A program made the position numbers and the translations under genes. 64,000 nucleotides of DNA from Candidatus Methanomethylophilaceae archaeon. Lineage in GTDB: Archaea; Thermoplasmatota; Thermoplasmata; Methanomassiliicoccales; Methanomethylophilaceae. The notes below the pieces were generated by a model. That model was not told where the DNA came from, made no database searches, and saw nothing but the letters and a program-made list of their open reading frames with translations. The DNA is taken from contig JBMNHS010000001.1 of the NCBI GenBank assembly GCA_050950505.1, positions 992,001 to 1,056,000 of the forward strand, read 5' to 3'. Shown one piece after another: positions 1 through 11,065 of this stretch (its first letter is position 1; the number at the start of each line of letters is the position of its first letter).

Positions 1-1
1 A

Positions 2-850
2 GTCAAAACCGATACGATTGACAGTGGAAGCCGCAAATTCGACGCCGTCGGCACGCTGATTTACGTTACCGCGGTGACACTCACGATGGTGGGACTCATT
101 AATCTCCCGGACTTGAAGTCCTTCCTTTCCATGGCAATAGGATTGATGTTCTTCATTGTATTTTTCAAGTATGAAAACCGTGTGGAAGAACCTGTTCTGA
201 GTGTCAGGATATTTTCCAACAAAGTGTTTTCCAGATCAAGTCTTGCATCTTTTCTGGTAAATACCGCCAACTTCTCGGTTCTGTTTTTCATATCCCTGTA
301 TCTTCAGGAAATAGGTGCTCTCACGGCATCACAGGCAGGTTTTGTGATATTGTCGCAGCCTCTTGTGCAGACGGCATTTACCGCATATTTCGGGAAACTC
401 CATGACAGGATGGCGGATAAGCGCATATTACCGACGGCAGGGGTCATGATAACACTGATTGCCGTTATGCTGATGACCTCGCTGTCTTTGGAACTGAATC
501 TTCATCTTGTGATTGCATCATTGATGCTGTTCGGGATGGGTAATGCGATATTCAACGCTCCGAACACAACCACCATGATGTCTTCCGTTTTCCCCCGGGA
601 CAGGGGTTCCGCATCCGCCACCGTCGCAGTTGTGAGGCAGATGGGGATGGCCACGTCCATGGCGATCGCCATGGGGGCCATATCCATAATCATGGGCAGT
701 TTGGATGTTCTGGGACCTGCCACGTATCCCAAGTTTATGGAAGTCATCCATGTGTCGTTCGTCATTTCTGCGTTTATGTGCGTATTGGCGATGCTGGCAT
801 CATGGTTCAGAGGCAACTGTCCCATGGAAACTTTTGACATACCTGAATAA
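2..850 (+). CDS. MFS drug-efflux-type transporter (DHA2/EmrB-like), 5' end outside the window
   Basis: Frame is open from the window edge to TAA at 850; multiple TM helices; LYLQ...G, G-x-L-x-D-R and FNAPNT motifs. Confidence 0.85.
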   Translation, partial: VKTDTIDSGSRKFDAVGTLIYVTAVTLTMVGLINLPDLKSFLSMAIGLMFFIVFFKYENRVEEPVLSVRIFSNKVFSRSSLASFLVNTANFSVLFFISLYLQEIGALTASQAGFVILSQPLVQTAFTAYFGKLHDRMADKRILPTAGVMITLIAVMLMTSLSLELNLHLVIASLMLFGMGNAIFNAPNTTTMMSSVFPRDRGSASATVAVVRQMGMATSMAIAMGAISIIMGSLDVLGPATYPKFMEVIHVSFVISAFMCVLAMLASWFRGNCPMETFDIPE

Positions 851-903
851 GACGGTTCCGAGTCCCTGATATTTTTAATACAATAACAAACATAGCGGAA
901 CCG

Positions 904-1917
904 ATGTCCGGCATATCCGGCCCTGGGGAAAATTTCCGATTCCAGACGATAATAGTGTTTGTCGGCGGTTTGCTGATGGTATCCAAGTTCATCGCTTACT
1001 TCATGACCAATTCGGTTGCCATTTTCACCGACGCCATGGAGAGCATAGTGAACATTCTGGCAGGGTCCGTCGGACTGTATGCTTTGTATATTTCTCCGAA
1101 ACCTCCGGACGAAGACCATCCTTACGGTCACGGCCGTGCCGAAGTGATTTCCGCTGCATTCGAAGGTGCACTGATTCTTGTTGCCGGCATAATCATCGTC
1201 TGGTCCGCAATACGGGGTCTGCGTTCCCCGCCGGAAATATCCGATCTCGACTTCGGTTTGGTTATCATATTCCTTGCGGCCATCGTCAATCTGATAATGG
1301 GAAGGGCCGCAATCAGAATAGGGAAAAAGAACAGGTCCCAGGCATTGGTAGCCAGCGGCAAACATCTCTGTACGGACACCTTTGATTCTTTCGGGATAAT
1401 CATCGGACTTCTGGTCGTCTACGCCGGCATGCATTTCGGATACGATGTCGCATGGATGGATCCCGCAATCGCATTGCTGTTCGGATTGGTCATCATGAGT
1501 ACCGCATACAAAGTTCTGAAAGGAACCGTGGACACAATCATGGATCGCGTGGATCCCGAAGTGGTATCGGAAATTGCCGACAACATAATAGAAAACAGAC
1601 ATGAAAACTGGATTGACATCCACTGTCTCAGAGTCAAAAAATACGGTACTGATTATTCTGTGGATCTTCATGCGACGTTCCCGAGATACATGACCGTCGG
1701 TGAAATAGAGAAAGAAACGAAACGTCTCAATACTTATCTGAAAAACGAATTCGGTCAGGGGTCGGAACTTACTGTAAAAGCGGAACCCTGCCGTGATTTT
1801 TCCTGTGTCATATGCGCATTGGAGTGTCCCATAAGAGTCTCAGAATTCGTCAAAGCCTTGGAATGGTCCGAAGAAACCATGGTAAAGTCCACGCAGCACA
1901 GGCTCAATGACGAATAA
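904..1917 (+). CDS. Cation diffusion facilitator (FieF/CzcD-like)
   Basis: SVAIFTDAMES, PPDEDHPYGHGRAE and HLCTD motifs; C-terminal cytosolic domain. Confidence 0.9.
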   Translation: MSGISGPGENFRFQTIIVFVGGLLMVSKFIAYFMTNSVAIFTDAMESIVNILAGSVGLYALYISPKPPDEDHPYGHGRAEVISAAFEGALILVAGIIIVWSAIRGLRSPPEISDLDFGLVIIFLAAIVNLIMGRAAIRIGKKNRSQALVASGKHLCTDTFDSFGIIIGLLVVYAGMHFGYDVAWMDPAIALLFGLVIMSTAYKVLKGTVDTIMDRVDPEVVSEIADNIIENRHENWIDIHCLRVKKYGTDYSVDLHATFPRYMTVGEIEKETKRLNTYLKNEFGQGSELTVKAEPCRDFSCVICALECPIRVSEFVKALEWSEETMVKSTQHRLNDE

Positions 1918-1945
1918 TTTAATACGGACCCCCCGATTACGGAGT

Positions 1946-2521
1946 ATGATTTTAAACAGGGGCGTTCCGAAGGAAATATCCGCGGTAAAACTTAAAAAAT
2001 GGTTTAAATCACTTGACGAAAGAGACGGAAACAGAATCTCCAGATATGCTTCCGGCGCGGACACTTCTTCTCAGATTGCCTTTATCACGGACATCATGTC
2101 CAAAGCCAACGCCGAAGAAAATTACGCCGTTGCCCTGATAGCGGGGGAATTCGGCAATTCCCTGGATATGAACGAGGACGAAAGATTCGATTTTTTGAAT
2201 GAATACATAGAATCCCTTTTCTTTTCCGGTGATTCCTGCCGCGCCAAAGATCTCTGTCACGAAAATCTGGAACTCGTTCCGAAGGTTTTGACTTCCATGA
2301 CTGCAGAGGGAATACCCGAACGCATGCCCTGCCGCAACAGACTCATCGACATACTGGTGGGCGTCGAAGGCGATTACGACGGAGCCAATGAAATGTTGGT
2401 CCGTTTCAACGAGATGAACATACTGTCCGACGAAGATTTGGAATTCAGAATCCAGAGTCTGAGGATTCACAGGCTCCAGAGAACTTTCGATTCGGTTTTC
2501 ACTCTCAAACCCCGCGAGTGA
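1946..2521 (+). CDS. Hypothetical helical protein
   Basis: ORF co-oriented with the CDF gene; ATG at 1946 after GGAG (alternative start 1907); no recognised motif. Confidence 0.6.
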   Translation: MILNRGVPKEISAVKLKKWFKSLDERDGNRISRYASGADTSSQIAFITDIMSKANAEENYAVALIAGEFGNSLDMNEDERFDFLNEYIESLFFSGDSCRAKDLCHENLELVPKVLTSMTAEGIPERMPCRNRLIDILVGVEGDYDGANEMLVRFNEMNILSDEDLEFRIQSLRIHRLQRTFDSVFTLKPRE

Positions 2522-2846
2522 AGCCTTTCCACCCGTACATGGGTATGACATCTATCGCCGGCTCTTCGTAAGGATGCACTGACAGGATGGTATTTACCAC
2601 GTCCTTCAGGTACCGTTCCCTGACAGAGAATTCCACTTTGATTTCTTTTTCGACGGAAATTTTGCCGGTGTCTCCGATGAAAGGATTCGAACCTTCCAAA
2701 GGCCTCCACATTCCGGTTACTTCAGTCAAAGAAAACACCATATCGTAACCGGGATAAAGCGGCTCCATGGAATCATTGATTTTCGCCGTCAGTTCATCCA
2801 CATATTCTTCGGGGATGCATACCGCGATTTTGTAAACGTCATTCAT
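2505..2846 (-). CDS. YqfO/Nif3 PII-like domain protein
   Basis: G-x-W-R-P-L-E-G-S-N-P-F-I-G and HPYEEPAIDVIP signature. Confidence 0.8.
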   Translation of the reverse strand: MNDVYKIAVCIPEEYVDELTAKINDSMEPLYPGYDMVFSLTEVTGMWRPLEGSNPFIGDTGKISVEKEIKVEFSVRERYLKDVVNTILSVHPYEEPAIDVIPMYGWKGFTRGV

Positions 2847-3002
2847 GCACATCCAAACAAATCAAGTCGTATTAAATCCAACCCTGCAGTTCGGTGCCTT
2901 CGCAGATTCGGTAACTTGAAACCCGAAACGGTACGACAAACCGCAGTTGTTCCGATAGGAAAACGCAACCGAATCCCGGTTCCGATGCCGCAGTGCCGTA
3001 AT

Positions 3003-3986
3003 TCAGATGCTTAGATTGGCGGTGTCACCCGTTCCGGTGTCGGCAGGGGCTTCTATCATCAGTCTTTCGACATTCGCAAGCCTCTCCTGTTTACTTCTGT
3101 TCATCTTCTTTGCATTTTTCTTGAGGAACGATGTGCTGAGCCATGTGGCTATGAAACTCACCGGGGGGATTACGTAGAAAACACCGGCGACTATGCCGGT
3201 GGCCTTCTTGAGTTTAGTCAGACTGTTGATTTTCTTTACCAGGGGTTTTTCGTCATCGGCGGGCAAACGGTGAATGATGGAGCGGTACATCATGTGCTGG
3301 CCTCCCCATACCACTTCCATGCTCCATTTCAATTCATTGAACACCGGGGCCGGCACGCCGACGGGAATCGTGGTTTTGTTAAGGACGGCTCTTCTGAAAT
3401 CTTCGGCGGTGTTGCCTTCGAATTCGGTCCAGTTGAATCCAGTGGTATGTACGGAATGGGCATCGCTGCCGGAAATGGGCGCCCATCTTCCGGGATATCT
3501 GTCCATGACGGCTTGAGCAAAGGCATTGGAATAATTGTCAACGTGACCTCCGTTGATGACTTCGAAACCGTCAATGTCGAGTGAGAATATTTTTTCCTGA
3601 AGCCCGTCGACATGGAAGCTGAAAGGATGGGGTGCGATGGTGATTCCTCCCTGTGAGCGGATGATGTCAACGGTCTCTTCGACGGAAAGTCCGTCGGGTA
3701 TCTTTTCGTTCAAAAACAGTCCGATTATTTCTCCGTCGGCCGTGGTGACTTCCTCACCGATGACGACTTCGATGTCATCGAACCGTTTTGCATACTCTTG
3801 AGCTTTGAAGGCCCCGATGACTTCATCGTGATCCGTTATGCACAAAACATCCATTCCGTTTTTCCGTGCGCGGTCCACATGCTGTTCGGGTGTAGTCACG
3901 GATTCGGGAAATTTAAGAGCGCCGAGTCTGGCGATTCCTGAATATTCGGTATGTACGTGTGTGTCCACCCTCCCCATCTCCGACAT
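3003..3986 (-). CDS. PHP-domain metal-dependent phosphoesterase with C-terminal hydrophobic segment
   Basis: DTHVHT, ITDHD, APHP, GSDAH; ATG at 3986 after GAGGT. Confidence 0.85.
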   Translation of the reverse strand: MSEMGRVDTHVHTEYSGIARLGALKFPESVTTPEQHVDRARKNGMDVLCITDHDEVIGAFKAQEYAKRFDDIEVVIGEEVTTADGEIIGLFLNEKIPDGLSVEETVDIIRSQGGITIAPHPFSFHVDGLQEKIFSLDIDGFEVINGGHVDNYSNAFAQAVMDRYPGRWAPISGSDAHSVHTTGFNWTEFEGNTAEDFRRAVLNKTTIPVGVPAPVFNELKWSMEVVWGGQHMMYRSIIHRLPADDEKPLVKKINSLTKLKKATGIVAGVFYVIPPVSFIATWLSTSFLKKNAKKMNRSKQERLANVERLMIEAPADTGTGDTANLSI

Positions 3987-4075
3987 ACTTAACCTCAAAA
4001 CCATAAACAACGCTCTTTCTTTAATAATGCTGGTATTAACGAGTATATTCTTTGTGAACAACAAGCACCGTATGT

Positions 4076-5842
4076 TCAGGCGTAGTAATATTCTCCGGCG
4101 GATTTCTGTTCACGGTCAAGTCTGGAACCCGATTTGTTGATTCTGGGCCGGTGACTCTCCGCGTCTCTTCTGAAGGTTATATCGACGGCGGAAAGGAATT
4201 TGTTCATTCCGTCTCTCATGTCGAAGGGGCCCTCCCCTATACCGTGAACCCCGGGTTCTCCCCCGAAAACCATCATGGAATCGGAAACCATGTCCAGGAA
4301 ATAAATGTCGTGATCGACGACCATGCCGCTCCGTCCGGTTTTTTCCATCATTCTCCTTATGGTGCGGGCGGCGTTCATTCTCTGATTTGAATCCAAATAT
4401 GCGGAAGGTTCGTCAAACAGGTAGATATCGGCGTCGGCCAGCAGGCATTGGGTTATGGCGACCCTCTGCAATTCCCCTCCGGACAACGTGTCCACGTCTT
4501 TGTCCATCAGATGTTTGACGCCAAGAGGTTCTATCACTTCCCCTTCGAATAAACTGGACGTCGCTTTTTCATAATTCTGGCGGTAGAGCAGATCTCTGAC
4601 GCTGTCATCGAAATCTCCGGAAATATACTGGGGTTTGTAGGACACCTTCACGTCTCCGTCTATTTTGCCGCCGTCGGGTTCAATCACGCCGGCCAGCATT
4701 TTAACGAAAGTCGTTTTACCGGTGGCGTTGGGACCGACCACACCGACGGTTTCCCCCATTTTGATGGAACCGCCGGTGACGTCAAGTTTGAATTCTCCGA
4801 AATCTTTGCTCAGCCTGTCAAAAGAAAGCAAATCCGCCGTGACCCAATCATCCCTGGGCGGCGAAGCGAAGAATTCGATGGGGCGGTCTCTGAATCTGAT
4901 GTTTTCTTCGGGCAGGTATCCGTCCAGATAAACGTTTATTGCGGTTCTTACCTGTCTTGACTGTGTGAAAACTCCGTAGGCTCCTTCGGAACCGTAGACC
5001 ACGTTTACGACATCGGCCAGAAAATCCAAAATGGCCAGGTCGTGTTCGATGACCACAACCTGCTTTTCTTCGCTGAGTTCTTTGATGACTCTTGCGATTT
5101 TGACCCTTTGATAAATATCGAGATAAGAAGTGGGTTCGTCAAAGAAGTATACGTCCGCGTCTTTCATCATGGTGGCGGCCATTGCGACTCTTTGCATCTC
5201 TCCCCCGGACAGTTTGCTGATGTCTCTGTCAAGCAGCCCTTCGAGGTCGAAAACCGTCGCGGCTTCATCCAGCGTCATGCGTCCTTCCACGGTGGACAGC
5301 AAATCTTTTACGGGTCCGGATGCCGCTTTCGGAATAAGATCCACATACTGCGGTTTTATGGCTGTTTTGACTTTTCCGTCATAAACTTCAGAAAGATACG
5401 CTTTGACTTCGGTTCCGTCGTAATGCGTCAGAACTTCTTCCTTTGAATACGGTTCCCCGTAATTGCCCAAGTTGGGTATGAGGTCCCCGGAAAGCACTTT
5501 GATTGCGGTGGTTTTGCCTATTCCGTTCGGACCCAAAATACCGGTGACCACGCCCTTTTTCGGGATGGGTATGCGATAAAGTCTGAATGAATTTTCCCCG
5601 TACTGGTGCACCATCTCGGAACTCAGTTCGTCAGAAAGTCCGATGATTTTTATGGCTTCGAACTGACACTTGTTCACGCATATCCCGCAACCTTGGCAGA
5701 GAGTTTCGGAAATTATGGGCTTGCCCTTCTCTCCGAACACAATGCATTCAACTCCGGTTCTGACCAAGGGACAGAACTTGTAACACTCTTTGTTGCATTT
5801 TATATTCTGGCATCTGTCCTGCAGGACGACGGCTATACGCAT
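4076..5842 (-). CDS. rli1: Ribosome recycling ATPase ABCE1/Rli1
   Basis: N-terminal Fe-S Cys motifs; two Walker A motifs (GPNGIGKT, GPNATGKT); two LSGGE signatures; C-terminal RPRINK...EQK..GEYYY. Confidence 0.95.
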   Translation of the reverse strand: MRIAVVLQDRCQNIKCNKECYKFCPLVRTGVECIVFGEKGKPIISETLCQGCGICVNKCQFEAIKIIGLSDELSSEMVHQYGENSFRLYRIPIPKKGVVTGILGPNGIGKTTAIKVLSGDLIPNLGNYGEPYSKEEVLTHYDGTEVKAYLSEVYDGKVKTAIKPQYVDLIPKAASGPVKDLLSTVEGRMTLDEAATVFDLEGLLDRDISKLSGGEMQRVAMAATMMKDADVYFFDEPTSYLDIYQRVKIARVIKELSEEKQVVVIEHDLAILDFLADVVNVVYGSEGAYGVFTQSRQVRTAINVYLDGYLPEENIRFRDRPIEFFASPPRDDWVTADLLSFDRLSKDFGEFKLDVTGGSIKMGETVGVVGPNATGKTTFVKMLAGVIEPDGGKIDGDVKVSYKPQYISGDFDDSVRDLLYRQNYEKATSSLFEGEVIEPLGVKHLMDKDVDTLSGGELQRVAITQCLLADADIYLFDEPSAYLDSNQRMNAARTIRRMMEKTGRSGMVVDHDIYFLDMVSDSMMVFGGEPGVHGIGEGPFDMRDGMNKFLSAVDITFRRDAESHRPRINKSGSRLDREQKSAGEYYYA

Positions 5843-6298
5843 GCTTCCGCTATTCTCACGTTAGATATAATCTTTGGCGGTCGTCCCGTTCTGTTTGATA
5901 ACCCGGACCGATGTCAAAGGCAGTCCATAATGCCGTATCCGTCTGACGGCGGGAATTACGTTCAGACTATGTCCACGATATTCGATCTGTACACGTTGAA
6001 CTGTAATCTCCCGGAAATCTGACGGAACATGTCCTTTTTCGATGATGCAGTCACTGTTTCAGGAAATACATGCTCAAAATCCAAAAAACACATTTCCGCT
6101 TCCCGCCGGAGAATTCATGCCGCTGAAAAACAATTCATTCCCGACACTAAAAGAAACGAAGGACAAGCAAAAAATCAGCCCAACCGCATTAAAATCGGAT
6201 TACTGGACGCGATTGCAACCGGTCGGAATTTCAAATGCAGTAAAACAAACAGTCACGGTTTTAAATGAGTTCGTATATCAGAGAGGCGAGGTTATCGA

Positions 6299-6463
6299 AT
6301 GGTATCCGTAAATGAATCAGAATGCACCGCCTGCGGTGCATGTGCAGACGTGTGCCCCGAAGAAGCCATCACCGTTGAAGACGTGGCCGTCATCGATGCT
6401 GAAAAATGCATCGAATGCGGTCTCTGCGTCGACGAGTGTCCGGTTTCCGCAATCGAGGAGTAA
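6299..6463 (+). CDS. 2x[4Fe-4S] ferredoxin, 54 aa (absent from the ORF track)
   Basis: Hand translation MVSVNESECTACGACADVCPEEAITVEDVAVIDAEKCIECGLCVDECPVSAIEE*; two CxxCxxCxxxCP motifs; GAGG upstream. Confidence 0.92.
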   Translation: MVSVNESECTACGACADVCPEEAITVEDVAVIDAEKCIECGLCVDECPVSAIEE

Positions 6464-6606
6464 ACGTTTCAATCGAACCCTTTATCCTTTATCATTCCGA
6501 ACGGAATTGCAATCTCAATGGTCATTCGACAAAGATTTACATCTTTCATATTCGGTGACAGGCAAGGACGTCCGTATAATTCGCAACTGTACGATAGGTG
6601 TATCTG

Positions 6607-7956
6607 ATGAACATAATAATCATAGGCGCCGGTAATGTGGGATTTACTTCCGCCGAGGTTCTTGCGGAAGGTCATAACGTTCTTGTGGTGGAAAACGACA
6701 GAACCAAGGCCGATTCCGTCAAAGATCTGTTAAACGTGTCTGTGTTGTACGAGGACGGAACAAATCCCAAGATTTTGGAATCCGTTATTGACGAACATGA
6801 TGCCGAACTTGTTGTCGCCACCCTCCCGGAAGACGGACTCAATCTGTTCGCATGTATGATTTGCAAAAAATACAAGCCTTCCGTCCGGACCGTTGCCACG
6901 GTGAAGAATCAGGATTTTATCATCGATACGTCCGAAGAAAACGGATTGGGGGTGGACATGATAATTTCTCCGGAAGTCATCATTTCCAAAAAAATGTTCA
7001 AATTGGCGATTTTGGAAAACGCTGTTGATTACGAATCGACGCATTTTCTGGATCTGGCCATAGCCACGTTCAAGATAGTTGACGGCCACGATATTGTCGG
7101 CAAAGCCGGCATGAACCTTGAGATTCCGGAAACCTGCAACATCGTCTGCATTTACAGGGACGAGGAAGTCATCACCAACGTGGAAACCACCGTGATTCTT
7201 CCGGACGACCGCATATCCGTAATCGGCAACGAAGCGGGAATCGGATTGTTCAACAAAATGATGGGGGCCGGGAGAGAGAACGAAGAATTCGTTATCATGG
7301 GGGCGAATGCCGTGGGACTCAATATCGCAAAAGCTTTGGATTCCATGGACAGAAAGGCCCATATAAAAATTATCGACGAGAATCCGGATCTTTGCGTCAA
7401 GGCATCCCGTGAACTTTCGAACGCCGTCGTCGTCAATGCGGATGTTGTGGATCCCAATATGCTTAAACTGGAAAACGTGGGTCGGGCGGATGTTTTGATC
7501 AGTGTAACAAATTCCGACGAAAAGAATCTGCTTGCGTGTATGGCCTCACTTAAATTCGGTACGGGAAAAATCATATCCCGATATTTGACAAAACAGTACG
7601 GGGAAATTTTCAAATATACCGGTATAGAAACCATTTTCGGATACCATCTTGCGATAGCCAATGAGATTACCAAAGGGCTTATTTCGGACGAGGACGCGAT
7701 ATTGAGGATGAAACACGACGGAGAATACTTTTTCAGTGTCGTGACCGACAGTCATTCCCCATTGCTGGGAAAATCCTACGGAAATCTGTCTTTGCCGGAA
7801 GGGGTGCGTTTTGTTACTGTGATACGCAACGAATGCACCGTGTTCCCGAGATACGACACCGTTTTCGAAGAAGGGGACCGTGTCTTGGTTTATACTTACA
7901 AAGTGAAGAGAGGGGCCGTCAGAAAGCTGCTCGGTAAAAAAGTAATGGAGATATGA
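6607..7956 (+). CDS. trkA: Trk K+ uptake NAD-binding subunit
   Basis: IIIGAGNVG Rossmann motif; two RCK units; adjacent to trkH. Confidence 0.9.
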   Translation: MNIIIIGAGNVGFTSAEVLAEGHNVLVVENDRTKADSVKDLLNVSVLYEDGTNPKILESVIDEHDAELVVATLPEDGLNLFACMICKKYKPSVRTVATVKNQDFIIDTSEENGLGVDMIISPEVIISKKMFKLAILENAVDYESTHFLDLAIATFKIVDGHDIVGKAGMNLEIPETCNIVCIYRDEEVITNVETTVILPDDRISVIGNEAGIGLFNKMMGAGRENEEFVIMGANAVGLNIAKALDSMDRKAHIKIIDENPDLCVKASRELSNAVVVNADVVDPNMLKLENVGRADVLISVTNSDEKNLLACMASLKFGTGKIISRYLTKQYGEIFKYTGIETIFGYHLAIANEITKGLISDEDAILRMKHDGEYFFSVVTDSHSPLLGKSYGNLSLPEGVRFVTVIRNECTVFPRYDTVFEEGDRVLVYTYKVKRGAVRKLLGKKVMEI

Positions 7957-9491
7957 TTGTGTCCAATCCGGAATCCTTGTTGCGGAACGGTCTCTACAAA
8001 AGTACTGTTTTGAGATATGCCGGCTTTCTTATTGTTTCCATAGGGCTGTTGCTTATTTTCCCCGCTATACTGGCTATGTTCCTGAATGAGAACTATTGGA
8101 TGTTTCTGATTCCCTCGGCAATCGCTATTCCGATCGGATTGACCATTCTGGTTTTGTTCAGAGAAAACAAAGAAGGAATACGGATCACGTCCGGTGTGCT
8201 TATGATAGGCGGAACATTTCTGATTATGCTGTTGATGGGTTCCGCCCCTTATGTTGTATTCGGGATGAGCGTGATTGATTCGATGTTTGAATCCCTGAGC
8301 GGCTTCACAACAACCGGATTTACCATGGTAAATGATTTTGAAAGGTTTCCCGACAGTCTCTTTGTTTGGCGTTCTTTGACGCAATGGGCGGGCGGTATAT
8401 CGGTTTTGCTTATTTTCATGTACATGCTTCCGGTCATGGGTCTCGGAAGCAGAGGTTTTTTCATAAACGAAATGTCGGGTTCCGGCACCGGAAACCTTTC
8501 GGTCAGGCTAAAAGATTCTGTTGGAAGTTTTCTTAAAATTTATATGGCCCTGACTTTGATTCAGGCGATACTTTTGATACTTTTGGGAATGAATTTCATC
8601 GATTCCCTCTGCATTACCTTCTCAACCGTATCCACCGGCGGTTTTGCAACGAATCCCAACAGTCTTACGGAGTATGGATGGGGGATAAAAGTACCGGTTA
8701 TGATTTTCATGTTCCTGGGCGGGACGAACTTTTACCTTCATTACAAGGGGTTGCACAAGAGGATGTACAAATCTTATGTCGGAAACACCGAATTCAGATG
8801 GACGGCGAGCTGGTATCTCGTCATTGCGGTTCTGATTGGAATTCTTCTGACATTTGCGGGCAAAGTCGGAGTCCTGAACAATTTCGGAGAATCCCTGTTC
8901 TCCGTGATTTCCGCCGGAACCTCCACGGGATTTGCCGTTACCGATTACGCCGATTCGGGCGTTTGGCCGGCGCAATTATGCATGATGCTTCTTTTGCTGG
9001 TGGCTTTCATCGGCGGCATGAGCGGTTCCACTGCGGGAGGCGTGAAAATGTACCGGATTGTGATTATCGTCAAACACGTCAAAAACAGCATTTACAAAAT
9101 ACTCCATCCCATGGCGGTTTACGATATCAAAATGGATGAACACAGTGTGGAAGAGTCTTCGGTTTCCGGGGCATTTGTGACTGTGGCTCTGTTTGCGATG
9201 ACGGTGACGATAACTTTCATAGGCCTGATGATGACCGGTATATTGCCGGCCGATTCAATCGGTTTGGCAGTATCTTCGGTCAGCAATACCGGAGTCGTCA
9301 TCGGAGGACACGGATCCTTTTCCGATTTGTACATGTTAAGCACTTCCGCAAAAATCATCATGATGTCGGCAATGTTTTTGGGCAGGTTGGAGATTGCGAC
9401 TGCTCTGTTGCTGTTTATGCCGGGTTTTTGGAAAGAAGTCAGAAGGAACATGAAATCCGACAAATCACGGGGACACGCCGATTCCGAATAA
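7953..9491 (+). CDS. trkH: Trk K+ uptake membrane subunit
   Basis: FESLSGFTTTG, STVSTGGF and GGMSGSTAGGVK pore motifs; ATGA overlap with trkA. Confidence 0.92.
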   Translation: MIVSNPESLLRNGLYKSTVLRYAGFLIVSIGLLLIFPAILAMFLNENYWMFLIPSAIAIPIGLTILVLFRENKEGIRITSGVLMIGGTFLIMLLMGSAPYVVFGMSVIDSMFESLSGFTTTGFTMVNDFERFPDSLFVWRSLTQWAGGISVLLIFMYMLPVMGLGSRGFFINEMSGSGTGNLSVRLKDSVGSFLKIYMALTLIQAILLILLGMNFIDSLCITFSTVSTGGFATNPNSLTEYGWGIKVPVMIFMFLGGTNFYLHYKGLHKRMYKSYVGNTEFRWTASWYLVIAVLIGILLTFAGKVGVLNNFGESLFSVISAGTSTGFAVTDYADSGVWPAQLCMMLLLLVAFIGGMSGSTAGGVKMYRIVIIVKHVKNSIYKILHPMAVYDIKMDEHSVEESSVSGAFVTVALFAMTVTITFIGLMMTGILPADSIGLAVSSVSNTGVVIGGHGSFSDLYMLSTSAKIIMMSAMFLGRLEIATALLLFMPGFWKEVRRNMKSDKSRGHADSE

Positions 9492-9649
9492 TCGGTTTTT
9501 AAAACCGTTGGAGCATTATGGACTGCTTTTGACATCGGTCCGAATTATCGAACCGAGTGCAGTCATCTCGACCAAGAAAACTACCGGGTACCGAAACGGA
9601 GAAGAAAACAACCAACAGAAATTATAACCGCCGGGAGTATTGTCGTTTC

Positions 9650-11032
9650 ATGATTCCCGGAGCAGTATCTCTTGCAGGCAGTTCTTCCGAGAATCTGTTC
9701 GGAGATCCGAAACGGGCCGTAATCCGAATGTCTTTGCCGATTGCTTTGGCATTGTTGGTACAGTATCTCAACAGCGTTGTGGATATGTTTTGGGTGTCCG
9801 GGCTCGGCGCGGATCATATTGCGGCCGTCAGCGTAACGGCGCCGATTTATTCCGCCATTGTCAGCATCGGCACCGGCATAGGGATAGGCGCTTCTTACGC
9901 AATATCCAAACGTATCGGCGGAAGGGACGCAGAATCCGCCGTCAGAGCATCCTCACAGGCTTTTGTCATGATGATCATTGCCGGCATCATCACGATACCG
10001 ATTCTGTGTTTAACCATCGGTCCGATGATAAATTACATGGGTGCCGCAGACATCTCCGATCTTTGCAATGCCTACATATATCCGATAATATTGACGTCGC
10101 CCCTTCTCATGGCCGGGGGACTTCTTGCCGGCAATCTTCGGGGAGAAGGCGCCGCGACCAGGGCAATGGTCGTGCTTTCCGTTGCCGCCGTCCTCAACAT
10201 GATTTTGGATCCCATTTTCATTTTTACGCTGGGATTCGGCATTGCGGGCGCGGCATACGCAACGGTGATATCGGCGGCCGTATCCATGATTCCAGCCATA
10301 TACTGGTATTCTATCAAAAAGGATGTCGCGGTTCCCATAATCCTTAAAAAATTCAGATTCACCGGCAACGAAGTAAGATCCATTTCGGAAGTCGGCATTC
10401 CGCAGACGGCGGAACTCATGTTCATGTCGTTGATTTCCGTTGTTTTCGTAAGATACATAGCATTTGCCGGCGGAACCGATTTGGTGGCGGTTTTTGAGAT
10501 CGCTTGGAGAATCGCAATAATTCTGATGGTTCCCGCACATGCAATCAGCATAGCCTTCGTTCCTATGCTGTCGGTGTCCTTCGGCATGAAAAATCTCAAA
10601 CGGGTAAAAGAGATTTTGATCATAGGGTTCAAAATCTCGTTGTCGGTAATGATTGTGCTTGCAGTCATAACGTATTTCACGGCGCCTTATATGGCGCAAA
10701 TCATGACTCTTTCCGAGGATTCGGCAAGACTGAGGGGGCCGATCGCGGAAATGCTGAAAGTCTGTACGCTGACGTTCCCCGCATTTACTCTGGTCCATTC
10801 CTCGGCGGCGTTGTTGCAATCAATGGGCAGAGGCATGACTTCGCTGTTGGTCACCGTTGTCAGAAATCTTTCCATAGCCGTCGTTTACGCAGTCATTTCC
10901 GTCGAACAGGTCGCTTCGCACATGTGGTGGGGATTTACTCTGACCGAGGTCGTTTTCGGATTTGTGGGAATAACCGTCGCGATGACGGCCTTCAAAGTTT
11001 ACGGCAGGAAGCATGGAATGAAATTTTCATAA
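9650..11032 (+). CDS. MATE family efflux transporter
   Basis: VDMFWVSGLG, LRGEG, NMILDPIFIF..GIAGAAYAT; start position approximate. Confidence 0.88.
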   Translation: MIPGAVSLAGSSSENLFGDPKRAVIRMSLPIALALLVQYLNSVVDMFWVSGLGADHIAAVSVTAPIYSAIVSIGTGIGIGASYAISKRIGGRDAESAVRASSQAFVMMIIAGIITIPILCLTIGPMINYMGAADISDLCNAYIYPIILTSPLLMAGGLLAGNLRGEGAATRAMVVLSVAAVLNMILDPIFIFTLGFGIAGAAYATVISAAVSMIPAIYWYSIKKDVAVPIILKKFRFTGNEVRSISEVGIPQTAELMFMSLISVVFVRYIAFAGGTDLVAVFEIAWRIAIILMVPAHAISIAFVPMLSVSFGMKNLKRVKEILIIGFKISLSVMIVLAVITYFTAPYMAQIMTLSEDSARLRGPIAEMLKVCTLTFPAFTLVHSSAALLQSMGRGMTSLLVTVVRNLSIAVVYAVISVEQVASHMWWGFTLTEVVFGFVGITVAMTAFKVYGRKHGMKFS

Positions 11033-11065
11033 TTTATATATACAAGTTCAATCTAACTTCGGAAT

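Noticed and set aside
5843-6298. Short ORFs and small hairpins between rli1 and the ferredoxin
   Set aside because: No coherent motif or stable fold; ATCTGACGGAAC recurs at 37297, but one 12-mer match is too weak to support a repeat family.
6312-6635. 107-aa ORF
   Set aside because: Alternative frame over the real ferredoxin gene.
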